Of a stretch of 40,193 nt of DNA, positions 1-8,476 are shown one piece after another. The notes below the pieces were generated by a model. The model saw nothing but the letters and a program-made list of their open reading frames with translations, searched no databases and was not told the DNA's origin. This DNA is from Nitrosopumilales archaeon (GTDB taxonomy: Archaea; Thermoproteota; Nitrososphaeria; Nitrososphaerales; Nitrososphaeraceae): the NCBI GenBank assembly GCA_044507735.1, contig JBIQJB010000021.1:1-40193 (forward strand), read 5' to 3'. Within the stretch, counting starts at the first letter, position 1. The number at the start of each line of letters is the position of its first letter. Both the position numbers and the translations under genes were made by a program.

Positions 1-75
1 CAGTCAAAACTGCAGAAAGCTTATAGACCGGGACACTAGCCTCTGCGCAACCTACGCTGCAGAGGCCTTTTGGAC

Positions 76-420
76 TCACATCGATGTGCTGTCACTGCTT
101 TCTTCGGCGGAATTGAATCCGCTGTTATTAGTCTCTACCTCTGACGAGCTTGTCTCTAACTCCCCAGATGTTTCTGGAACGGATGATGACGTCACCATAG
201 TTTCCTCCGTCGTTTCGGTGACTGCTGAAATTGGTTCCGCTGCTGCTGTACGTGTTCTTTTTGGCCGCGGTGCAGCTTTACGCTTGGCCGCCGCCTTTTT
301 CTTGGTACCTTTCTTCTTAGCCGCTACTGTCTTTTTCTTTGCTACTGCCTTCTTTTTCCCCTTTGAGAGTTTGGCTTGTTTTCCCTTCTTTCCCTTGTTC
401 TTGGCTTTGGCTTTTGCCAT
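76..420 (-). CDS. Lys/Ala-rich histone H1-like low-complexity protein with acidic Ser/Thr/Glu tail
   Basis: ATG at 420 gives MAKAKAKNKGKKGKQAKLSKGKKKAVAKKK..., followed by an acidic tail (ETTEETMVTSSSVPETSGELETSSSE). The ORF track starts upstream at TTG 441. Confidence 0.7.
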   Translation of the reverse strand: MAKAKAKNKGKKGKQAKLSKGKKKAVAKKKTVAAKKKGTKKKAAAKRKAAPRPKRTRTAAAEPISAVTETTEETMVTSSSVPETSGELETSSSEVETNNSGFNSAEESSDSTSM

Positions 421-1043
421 ACGTCTACCATTGATAAGCACTTGTTCTTAAGCTTGTTCTTTTTGAGCGAATGTTAGCTAAATTTATCCAGAATTTCACA
501 GGGTTATCGCTAGTGATATGATAATGCGATGGGCAGCACTAAAGTTTCGTACCACCTGATCCTACAACGGCTCTCTCTCCATACTCTGCAAGGTTCGAGA
601 CTAGAATCTCATCAGAGCGTGGACGTGGAGAAATCAAGGTCAGTTACTCCCGAGCGTACCAAGAGAATCAGACGATGGCTACTAGATACGCAGCTTGTGC
701 AGCAAGTTGTAACGCTTACCGTTATGGATGCACTCACGCAGCCTTGCAGTCACATGCGTTTCGCTTCTCTCTTGAGCAGGAGGCAGAACTTGTGGTTGAG
801 CGTCATGATGATGATTGTGTGGTAGTAACGATATAGCGCGTCGCCATTTTTTCGCAGTTGTGCCAGTCAGAGAATTGGGACAGTGATTCATTTATCCGCT
901 GGGCTAACCCTCCCGCCACTTTTCTCGATGATGCTTGTTTTCTGCACCGCATCAGCAACTAGCAGCTACCCTCCCTCTTTGTAGCGAGCCGTTTCTGAAA
1001 AATGCTAGCTTGGCACTAAATACAATAGTGGTCGTATGGCTTC

Positions 1044-1394
1044 ATGGGAAGCGCTGTCACGCTTCAGAACTCGAAATGGCAAAGCTGTATAGACGCGTGC
1101 ATGAGATGTGCCGAAGCCTGCGAATTTTGTGCTACTTCTGATCTCAGAGAACAAGATGTAACAATGATGGCAAGCTGTGTCCAAATCAACCGTGAGTGTG
1201 CTGCTGTCTGCTGGACTTCAGCAGCACTGATGTCAATGGACAGCCAGTTCGCAAAGCAATTCTGTACCATGTGTGCCGATGTTTGTGATGCCTGCGCGAA
1301 GGAATGCGATAGACACGATGTTGAACACTGCAAGAGATGTGCCCAGTCATGCCGCAGCTGTGCCGAAGAATGCAGAAAGATGGCTAAACAATAA
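1044..1394 (+). CDS. Four-helix-bundle copper storage protein (Csp3/DUF326 type)
   Basis: 116 aa with 18 Cys in CxxxC/CxxC spacing (CIDACMRCAEACEFC ... HCKRCAQSCRSCAEEC). No signal peptide. Confidence 0.9.
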   Translation: MGSAVTLQNSKWQSCIDACMRCAEACEFCATSDLREQDVTMMASCVQINRECAAVCWTSAALMSMDSQFAKQFCTMCADVCDACAKECDRHDVEHCKRCAQSCRSCAEECRKMAKQ

Positions 1395-2052
1395 CAACAA
1401 TAGCAGGCAACCATCAAGAGGCGCTGGCTCGTTGCTTGAATCGACTTTACAGTGGTAAGCTGCCGTTGCCACATCTCCAGCATGCCATAGTCCGATCCAT
1501 GATGCAAAGACACGAATATCATATGTCGACATCCTGTCTGACGAGTGTAAAGCACGCTCTCAAATGCTCGATATTTTTCCTTTTGCTACGATATTTGGAA
1601 GGTCCCGGTTGCTCGGCAGGTGAGATATGATGTGGCGCTTACCTATCGAATCGCAATAAGCAGCTTGATCTTCTCCCTGCCACCTGGCTGTAATGTCATG
1701 GAACAGGGTAGATCTATAGCCCCTCGGATCAGGTTAACTGCCCCATTGAATTTGTGTTGCACGAGCAGCCACGGGCATGACAAGCAAGAAGCCCTGTTGA
1801 TGCAGTCTATTGTATTGTGCCCGCCACACTCTCTCTCCTCATAATATCTTGCCCCACAGGGAAGAACCCTCGAGTTATGCCTGCTTTCTTTTTTTCTTGT
1901 TAGCTGAAAACTAGACAACAACAGGGTCATCGTATTCTGTACTTCCAGTCATTGCTCGTCTGCGATTGGACAACTTCCAACCCAGCCAGCTGCCAAGTCA
2001 ACCGGACGGCAGGGAATAAGACATAATAGTTGATTTACCCCAGATTTCACAG

Positions 2053-2658
2053 TTGACCGACAGCAAGGGCTATTATTTGGTGCTCGGCGTCTCAGAAAAG
2101 GCCACATACAAAGAGATCCGGCATGCCTACAGGCAGCTTGCTCGCAAGTATCACCCTGATAGGAATAGCTCTCCCTTTGCAGAGGAAATGATCAAGAAGA
2201 TAAACGCCGCTTTTGAAGTGCTGTCTGATCAAACAAAGAGATCCCAGTACGACAGGATGGAGCTTGACAATCCTCCAGAACCTGAGCCTTCTTCATACGA
2301 GCCAGAGCCTGTACAGACTGGAAGCAACTCCGAAGATCAGTGGAAGGTAGCCAGGGACGGAGTCGACGGCAGCAACAATCCGGTCGCAGATTTTTTCAAC
2401 GGCCCTTATCACCTTGACACTCCCAAGAGCAGGTTCCACATCATTGTCGAGCCAACACTCTGCATGGCTTTTGGCAGCTGCGAGACTCTGGCGCCAAAAG
2501 TCTTTGTCGTCGAAAAGCACAAGAGGCTCAACCCAAAAGCCGTTGTAGAATGCGAGACATGCGCCGACTATGAAAAGATACATGCGGCGGCGGCGACCTG
2601 CCCTACAAAAGCGATCAAGATTATCGATCGCTATACTGGCGAGCAACTCTACCCATAA
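2053..2658 (+). CDS. DnaJ-domain/ferredoxin fusion protein (DnaJ-Fer)
   Basis: N-terminal J domain (YYLVLGV...KYHPDRN...INAAFEVLSD). C-terminal ferredoxin (CMAFGSCETLAP...CPTKAI). TTG start. Confidence 0.9.
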   Translation: MTDSKGYYLVLGVSEKATYKEIRHAYRQLARKYHPDRNSSPFAEEMIKKINAAFEVLSDQTKRSQYDRMELDNPPEPEPSSYEPEPVQTGSNSEDQWKVARDGVDGSNNPVADFFNGPYHLDTPKSRFHIIVEPTLCMAFGSCETLAPKVFVVEKHKRLNPKAVVECETCADYEKIHAAAATCPTKAIKIIDRYTGEQLYP

Positions 2659-2688
2659 CTTAAATTGCAGTGAGAGAGTTCAGCACCC

Positions 2689-3417
2689 ATGAAGCTTTTC
2701 TGCGTCGGTTGCGGCCCCGGCGATCCTGAACTGCTGACTGTGCGGGCTGCGAATATAATAATGAATGCAGAAGTAATATTTGCACCCACCGCTAGGGAGG
2801 GCAAACCCAGCATAGCACTTTCCGTCGTTCAAAAATATATCGACAAGAATGCCAGGACTGCAAACCTTGTCTTTCCAATGGTCAAGGACAAAGAGTCGCT
2901 CAAGGACTACTGGAAGCGAAACGCCGACGAAATTGCGGCAGCGGTTAGGTCGGGCAAGAGAGTTGTATATCTCACAGTTGGCGACCCAGCGCTGTACAGC
3001 ACTTGGATCTATACTCACCGCGAGCTCAAGAGGAACCACAAGGACATCGAAGTCGAGATCGTGCCGGGCATCGCGTCGATGTTTGCGATCGCTGCAAAGG
3101 CCGGAATAAGCTTGGCAGAGGGCGAAGAAACAATCGCCATCGTGCCGGCGTGCTACGACATGGATAGGGTCAGGCGCACCGCAAACGCCTGCGACACTGT
3201 CATTTTCCTCAAAGACGGACGCTACTTTGACAGCGTAATAGAGACGTTGAGCGAGGCCGGCTTTCCAGACACTGCGACCATTGCTATAGCGCAGGATATA
3301 TCGGCAGACAAAGGAGAGATACTGGAAGTGAAGAAACTGTCAGAGCTGCGCGGAAGAAAGGGGCCGACTGAGAAGTACTTTTCAATAATGGTGGCAAAAA
3401 AGAATGCCAGAGACTAA
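2689..3417 (+). CDS. cbiL: Precorrin-2/cobalt-factor II C20-methyltransferase
   Basis: GCGPGDPELLT, LVFPM, TVGDPALYST and IVPGIAS motifs of tetrapyrrole methylases of the CobI/CbiL type. Confidence 0.9.
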   Translation: MKLFCVGCGPGDPELLTVRAANIIMNAEVIFAPTAREGKPSIALSVVQKYIDKNARTANLVFPMVKDKESLKDYWKRNADEIAAAVRSGKRVVYLTVGDPALYSTWIYTHRELKRNHKDIEVEIVPGIASMFAIAAKAGISLAEGEETIAIVPACYDMDRVRRTANACDTVIFLKDGRYFDSVIETLSEAGFPDTATIAIAQDISADKGEILEVKKLSELRGRKGPTEKYFSIMVAKKNARD

Positions 3418-4207
3418 TACTGTGTATTTTGTCGGCTCTGGCCCAGGGGACCCAGAGCTTATCACGCTCAAGGCCAAAAGGCTGGTCGAGAGTGCAGACG
3501 TGATAATCTATTCCGGATCGCTCTTTAACCCGAAAAATTTAGAATATGCGAAGAAAGGCGCGCAGTTGTATGACGCGGCATTGATCGACAGAGAAAAGAT
3601 CTACCAGATACTGCGCGACTCTGCAAAAGAGGGCAAGCTTGCAATCAGGTTCCACGACGGCGACCCTGCACTCTTCAGCACAATAAGAGAGCAGATAGAC
3701 AAGCTAGAGAGGGACGGCATCAAATGCAAGGTAGTGCCCGGGGTTACAGCGATACTTGGCGCCGCTGCCGACTTGAACCTTGAGCTCACGCTACCCGGTG
3801 TAACGCAGACCCTGATAATCACGAGGGCAGAGTTTCGGACGCCGGTGCCCAAGCGTGAGTCGATAGCAGAGCTTGCCAAGCACGGGGCGACCATGGCATT
3901 CTATTTGAGCGTCCACTTGATAGGCGACGTTGTCAAGGAGTTGCTAAAGGGCGGTGTCTATACTGAAAAGACTCCTGTCGCGGTGGTCTATCGTGCAACG
4001 TGGGATGATGAGAAGATAATAAAGGGCACGCTTGGCGACATAGCGAAAAAGACAAGAGATGCCAAGATTATCAAGACTGCGCTGATAATCGTGGGTGATG
4101 TGATCGCGCCTGCAAAATACGAATATTCCAAAGTATATGACGCAGGATTTACGCACGGATACAGAAAAGGGGTAAAAAAAGAAGAACAAGAAAAGAAGGG
4201 AAGGTAA
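3404..4207 (+). CDS. cbiF: Precorrin-4/cobalt-precorrin-4 C11-methyltransferase
   Basis: VYFVGSGPGDPELITLKA, YSGSL, HDGDPALF, ELTLPGVTQTLIITR and YRATWDDE motifs. Overlaps the end of cbiL by 14 nt. Confidence 0.92.
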   Translation: MPETNTVYFVGSGPGDPELITLKAKRLVESADVIIYSGSLFNPKNLEYAKKGAQLYDAALIDREKIYQILRDSAKEGKLAIRFHDGDPALFSTIREQIDKLERDGIKCKVVPGVTAILGAAADLNLELTLPGVTQTLIITRAEFRTPVPKRESIAELAKHGATMAFYLSVHLIGDVVKELLKGGVYTEKTPVAVVYRATWDDEKIIKGTLGDIAKKTRDAKIIKTALIIVGDVIAPAKYEYSKVYDAGFTHGYRKGVKKEEQEKKGR

Positions 4208-4213
4208 AGGGTT

Positions 4214-4414
4214 TTACGGCCTTTTTGCCCACACGCTCACCACTGTAGTGCTGATTGCAGCACCGGCCGCACCGCTTATCAATGCAAACGCTAATGCCTG
4301 ATCGATTACTATCGACGGCAACCAGTTTGCAACAAGTGGCGCTGCCAGGTACGACAGGGACCCTATTGCAAACCCTATCGCACCAAAGATTGCTAGTGCT
4401 AGTGCTCTGCCCAT
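4214..4414 (-). CDS. Small membrane protein with two predicted TM helices
   Basis: 66 aa with two long hydrophobic stretches and a basic C-terminus (WAKRP). Starts 9 nt after the CdvB-like stop codon. Confidence 0.75.
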   Translation of the reverse strand: MGRALALAIFGAIGFAIGSLSYLAAPLVANWLPSIVIDQALAFALISGAAGAAISTTVVSVWAKRP

Positions 4415-4423
4415 AGCTTACAC

Positions 4424-5071
4424 TCACTGTTGACTTTCTGCGTCGGAAATCCTAAAGCTGCCCGACGGAATTGATGGGAACTTGCTGTTCACATCCTGTT
4501 CCGCGATAGCTGAGGCTTCCATCATGATCTGGTCGATATCGGCCCCACTTCCAGTATTCACTTCGATTCCGAGGCCGTTGCTCTGGAGCGACTCTGTCAT
4601 GAGGCCACCCAGCAGGTTCTGCATGTTGCTAATCTCGCTGTCGGCACCTGGTACGAACCTTCCAAGGCTCGGTCTCAGACCCCTTATCGAAGCCATTGCC
4701 GGGCCAAGTGCAACCATCGCGTCTCCCATGTCGTGGATAGTAGATAGCCTCATTGAAACCTGTTCAAGAGCCATCTTGGCCTGTCCCAGTGTTCTTGAGA
4801 TTTTGCGTACCTCTGCAAGCTCATTTGAGAGCACCTTTGCGCTGTCAGCATCGTGCCTTTGCATGGCATCGACAACCCTTCGGAACAGCGAGGCGTCTCT
4901 CTCGTTCAGCTTTGTAATCATAGCGTCTAACTTTGAATTCTGTAACTGCAGCTTGTTAACGGCAGTCTCGATCCTTGGCTTGAGGGGACCCTGTGGCCTA
5001 AGCGACTCCTTCAACTTATCGCTGGCGCTCATCCTGTTTTGACTACTCCAGTTCTTATCGAAACCAGTCAT
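4424..5071 (-). CDS. cdvB: ESCRT-III/Snf7-family protein (CdvB paralogue)
   Basis: Helical Snf7 core (PLKPRIETAVNKL...LSNELAEVRKI...MALEQVSMRLSTIHDMGD) and a C-terminal MIM2-like FPSIP. The likely start is ATG 5071; the ORF track starts at 5119. The exact paralogue is uncertain. Confidence 0.85.
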   Translation of the reverse strand: MTGFDKNWSSQNRMSASDKLKESLRPQGPLKPRIETAVNKLQLQNSKLDAMITKLNERDASLFRRVVDAMQRHDADSAKVLSNELAEVRKISRTLGQAKMALEQVSMRLSTIHDMGDAMVALGPAMASIRGLRPSLGRFVPGADSEISNMQNLLGGLMTESLQSNGLGIEVNTGSGADIDQIMMEASAIAEQDVNSKFPSIPSGSFRISDAESQQ

Positions 5072-5171
5072 TGCGAATCCCTGATTGGATTCGCTATTAA
5101 TTGCGGGTGTATAATCCAATAAACTATAAGCTTAGCTAATTACTCCGCGGGACCCCGGGAGTGATGTTAGC

Positions 5172-5465
5172 TTATAGAGGCATCCTAAAGACTTCTTTCT
5201 GCTGGACAGAGGCCCACGCACCCATGCCCCTGCCAGAGGAGGAGTCACCCTTGCCAGTAATTTGGCTGATGACGACCTCTGTCGACGCCATCGGGGGCCA
5301 CACCATCGCAACGTATTCGCCTACCTCGCCGGCGCTGTCAAGAGACGCTGGCACCATGTTCTCGCGTTTGAACTTGGTTGAAAGCTTATCCTTTATTGGT
5401 TCTAAGAGCTGACGCTGGCCGTGCACAATAATGTAGATCTTTTTCGTGGCATCGATTTGGGACAT
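5172..5465 (-). CDS. Hypothetical protein (97 aa)
   Basis: Protein-like composition, ATG start, same strand as and just upstream of the cdvB-like gene. Confidence 0.7.
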   Translation of the reverse strand: MSQIDATKKIYIIVHGQRQLLEPIKDKLSTKFKRENMVPASLDSAGEVGEYVAMVWPPMASTEVVISQITGKGDSSSGRGMGAWASVQQKEVFRMPL

Positions 5466-5548
5466 GCGAGATGCATAGGGCTATAAAGATGATAAATGTT
5501 TTGTCATTTCTGTCGGCACATAAACACATGATAGTCACAGACTCGCAC

Positions 5549-6109
5549 ATGGCAATGCTGCTCCCAGACGACATCGCGTCGCGCATTTCGGAGTTTGTCT
5601 CAGGCAAGCGCACATTTCCCTTTGTGGAGCGGGACGAACTGATGTGCATCATGTACCTTTACGGTAAGAGCGGCAAGGTTGCCGAGAATGAAATTGAAGA
5701 AGTTAACGATCTTGCACAGCGCACGGCTTCGCAGCTGGGACAGGAGATCGACATTTACCTCAATAGCTCGGCTGGCAAGCTGGACCCGGAGTACATCAGA
5801 AGCAAGTATATCAACAGACAATTACAATTGGCAGTTGAAAACAAATCAGCAGCTGGAAGAATAGGCGGCGACCCGGCCATAATATCAGACTGCTTTGCTC
5901 AGCACGTCGCGTATTACAAACAGGAATATTTCTTAGAATTATACGGCCCACTAAGAGATGCAGAGCTGACATCAGACATCAGGCCGTTGCTTGCAGGCAG
6001 GATGGTCATGACCTGTTACAACAGAAAGGGCGCGAATGAAATAGGGCTTGCACACCCTCTGATTCCGGTCTATGTGTGGTTTCGAGATCAGGCCGGCGCA
6101 AAGCCGTGA
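5549..6109 (+). CDS. Hypothetical protein
   Basis: Long ORF with normal composition. The probable start is 5549 (MAMLLPDD), ~25 nt after CATAAA; 5471 and 5528 are alternatives. Confidence 0.75.
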   Translation: MAMLLPDDIASRISEFVSGKRTFPFVERDELMCIMYLYGKSGKVAENEIEEVNDLAQRTASQLGQEIDIYLNSSAGKLDPEYIRSKYINRQLQLAVENKSAAGRIGGDPAIISDCFAQHVAYYKQEYFLELYGPLRDAELTSDIRPLLAGRMVMTCYNRKGANEIGLAHPLIPVYVWFRDQAGAKP

Positions 6110-6489
6110 TAATAGGGGATCTGCGAGAGCTCTTCTTGAGGCATCTGGACTATTGAGATCAGGTGACCATCAGGGTCCTGGACTATTGCATGTTTGCCAA
6201 ACGGCTCGTCTTTTGGCTTTTTGAAGAACTTGACTTTTTTCTTTTTCAGGGCGTTCATCACGTCGTCAAAGTCACTGACAGAAAAGCCAACCAGCATGCT
6301 CTTGTTAATTTTTATCTTTTTCTTTTTGCTTGCAGGATGCAGCGCAAGCACAGTACCTCCCTCCGAAAACTCAGTCCAATCTTTTGACTGCTTTTTCAGC
6401 TTCATCCCAAGGGTGTCGCGGTAAAACTTTGTCGATCGTTTCATGTCCGACACAAGGAGTATGACTGCGCCTATCTTATGAAACATCAT
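6088..6489 (-). CDS. VOC/glyoxalase/bleomycin-resistance family protein
   Basis: LLVSDMKRSTKFYRDTLG and EPFGKHAIVQDPDGHLI motifs. Confidence 0.88.
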   Translation of the reverse strand: MMFHKIGAVILLVSDMKRSTKFYRDTLGMKLKKQSKDWTEFSEGGTVLALHPASKKKKIKINKSMLVGFSVSDFDDVMNALKKKKVKFFKKPKDEPFGKHAIVQDPDGHLISIVQMPQEELSQIPYYHGFAPA

Positions 6490-6568
6490 TGCAAGATTAT
6501 TGTTGCATCCTCAAAGATATAACATTGCCGTAGCATTATAATACCGATGCCGCCCCCAATGCGGCAGG

Positions 6569-7018
6569 TTGCAGGATTCTGCCCCTCTAGTAAAGTTCTC
6601 AGACTTTCTTGGCATTGGCTACTTTGGGGACAGCCAGCAGCACGTCATTGCTCCAATATTTGATACTCGCCAGAGTGCCGAGCGTGCATGGGCAAGAGTG
6701 ATGGGAGCAAGCCATCTCCCGTTCCATGCCATCCTTTTGGAACATACGTCCAAGTACGAGTTTATCGCATACCCTGTCAAACTTGACCCTGACCAGATCA
6801 ACCATGCCCTTTACAGGTCCTTTTCCAGTCTGGACAGCATGCGCAAGTTCAAGGAAACCTACGGCGGTAAGACATTCATCAAGTTCGGGTGGCACGATAT
6901 TACAAAACCACAGAAATTTGATGTGCTCCCGCAGTATGCTCCAATCGATTCTGTAGAATTCAAGAAGGCGGAAGAGGTTCTTCCGGGCGATCTGATAGAC
7001 CAGATAAGGAAAAGTTAG
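6569..7018 (+). CDS. Hypothetical protein (149 aa)
   Basis: Protein-like ORF with TTG start and a TTATAATA box ~30 nt upstream. Confidence 0.7.
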   Translation: MQDSAPLVKFSDFLGIGYFGDSQQHVIAPIFDTRQSAERAWARVMGASHLPFHAILLEHTSKYEFIAYPVKLDPDQINHALYRSFSSLDSMRKFKETYGGKTFIKFGWHDITKPQKFDVLPQYAPIDSVEFKKAEEVLPGDLIDQIRKS

Positions 7019-7037
7019 ACAGTTATCAGCAGTTTTG

Positions 7038-7068
7038 GCCTGCCCGGCGCGAATCCAACCGGGCAGGC
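7038..7068. terminator. GC-rich hairpin (10-bp perfect stem), terminator or RNA structural element
   Basis: GCCTGCCCGG-N11-CCGGGCAGGC, about 20 nt downstream of the 6569..7018 stop codon. Confidence 0.5.
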
Positions 7069-7112
7069 AGGTGTTTTGATGACTTGTCGGTAGATGCCAC
7101 GCCAGACTTCCT

Positions 7113-7150
7113 TATTAGGTGAGCCTAATTAGGCTAGCCTAATATTTAAA
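7113..7150. promoter_or_regulatory. Tandem TTAGG-N4-CCTAA palindromes (DtxR/SirR/MntR-type operator) abutting a TATA box
   Basis: TTAGGTGAGCCTAA (7115-7128), then TTAGGCTAGCCTAA (7129-7142), then TATTTAAA (7143-7150). Confidence 0.65.
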
Positions 7151-7607
7151 CGCTGTTGAACAATCCAATCGATCTGTCATGCCAAGGTTCACGACGCGAA
7201 TTAACCAAGTGCTACATGCTACAAGTGAGGAAAAGAGGCACACGCACACACAAACACAAACACTCTCTCTCGGAGGGCAAAGACCAGATGACGTATTGGT
7301 CAACACGGTGTGCAGGGTTAGGCATCGGCCACCACTGTGACGTTGCCATAGGTTAAGACGACGCGGCTCGCAAATTATGAGAATCAGTTACCATTAACTA
7401 ACAATCATGCAAAAATTTCTACAAGCGCGGCTACAAAAGCTATACTAATTGCAACTATTATTGCTCCCTTGATACTCAAGTTGTAGACTCGTTGTTCTAG
7501 GGGTGCTTTAAACGTAGCACGGTAATTCTCGGCAAGTTATGGGTCGTGTTATTGCAAATATTACTCTGAACGTACATTTATTTTACATAATCGTCTGATG
7601 ATGGCAG

Positions 7608-8408
7608 TTGACGAATAACCCTGTCGCCGTGTTTGACTCTGGGATAGGCTCTCTATCCATAATAAGAGAGCTCAAGCGCGAGGTTCCAAACGAGAACCTG
7701 CTCTACTTTGCAGACAGAGCGCACTTTCCCTATGGGGTCAAGTCACATTCCCAGCTGCTTGAGATTATTGTCAACACCATAGCCTACCTAAAGCGCTACA
7801 AACCAAAGCTGGTCGTGGTCGCCTCAAATACCCCCTCGGTGCAAGTGCTTGACGAGGTGAGGAGGAGGGTAACAGACATCCCGATCATTGGTGTAAGGCC
7901 TCCCCTAAAGGAGGCAGCACGGCTGACCAAGAAAAAACACATCGGGATCATGGCTACGGAAGGCACCATCAGAAGCAAGGAGCTGGAGATCCAGATCCGA
8001 CGCGAAGTGCCGCAGAATATCCTCGTGACAAAATTCAATTGCTCGCCCATAATAGAGCTGATAGAGCATGGCATTCATCTTGAAAATGAGCGGCGCACAT
8101 TTGACGTCATATCAAGGGTGATTGGCGACAACGTCGACCAAAAGATAGACGTCATTACGCTCTCCAGCACCCACCTGCCGTTTGTAAAGACGTACCTCAA
8201 TGCACTGCTGCCTACAGTCAAGTTCGTCGACCCCGCGCAGATAGTGGCCAAGGACGTAAGAAAGTTCCTCAAGTTCTATAGAATGGCCAAGAAGAGCGGC
8301 GCGGGTAAGCTGCAGATCTTGGTGTCCGATGGCAAACGCGAGTTTGAGAAGTCGGTTCGGGCGATGGGAGTCAGAGAGCCAGTCGAGGAAGTCTTTCTGA
8401 CCTTTTAA
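7608..8408 (+). CDS. murI: Glutamate racemase (MurI)-like protein with both catalytic Cys replaced by Ser
   Basis: VFDSGIGSLS and YFADRAHFPYG motifs. VVASNTPS replaces canonical ACNTA, and LSSTHLP replaces canonical LGCTHYP. Confidence 0.8.
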   Translation: MTNNPVAVFDSGIGSLSIIRELKREVPNENLLYFADRAHFPYGVKSHSQLLEIIVNTIAYLKRYKPKLVVVASNTPSVQVLDEVRRRVTDIPIIGVRPPLKEAARLTKKKHIGIMATEGTIRSKELEIQIRREVPQNILVTKFNCSPIIELIEHGIHLENERRTFDVISRVIGDNVDQKIDVITLSSTHLPFVKTYLNALLPTVKFVDPAQIVAKDVRKFLKFYRMAKKSGAGKLQILVSDGKREFEKSVRAMGVREPVEEVFLTF

Positions 8409-8476
8409 CTTAGATTTGTGACGCATTACATATATTGAATTGCCTGCAACTACACACGGGCAAGAGCTGAAACGAA

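Noticed and set aside
86-451. + strand 121-aa ORF with a Phe/Leu-rich hydrophobic C-half
   Set aside because: It is the antisense shadow of Lys codons (AAA/AAG) in the minus-strand H1-like gene.
7044-7070. tRNA-like 3' end (GCGAATCCAACCGGGCAGGCA)
   Set aside because: The T-loop lacks TTC and no D or anticodon arm can be built. It is treated as a plain hairpin.
7156-7356. 66-aa ORF with HKHKH downstream of the operator
   Set aside because: The His run derives from a CA-rich low-complexity tract, and the start is too close to the TATA box.
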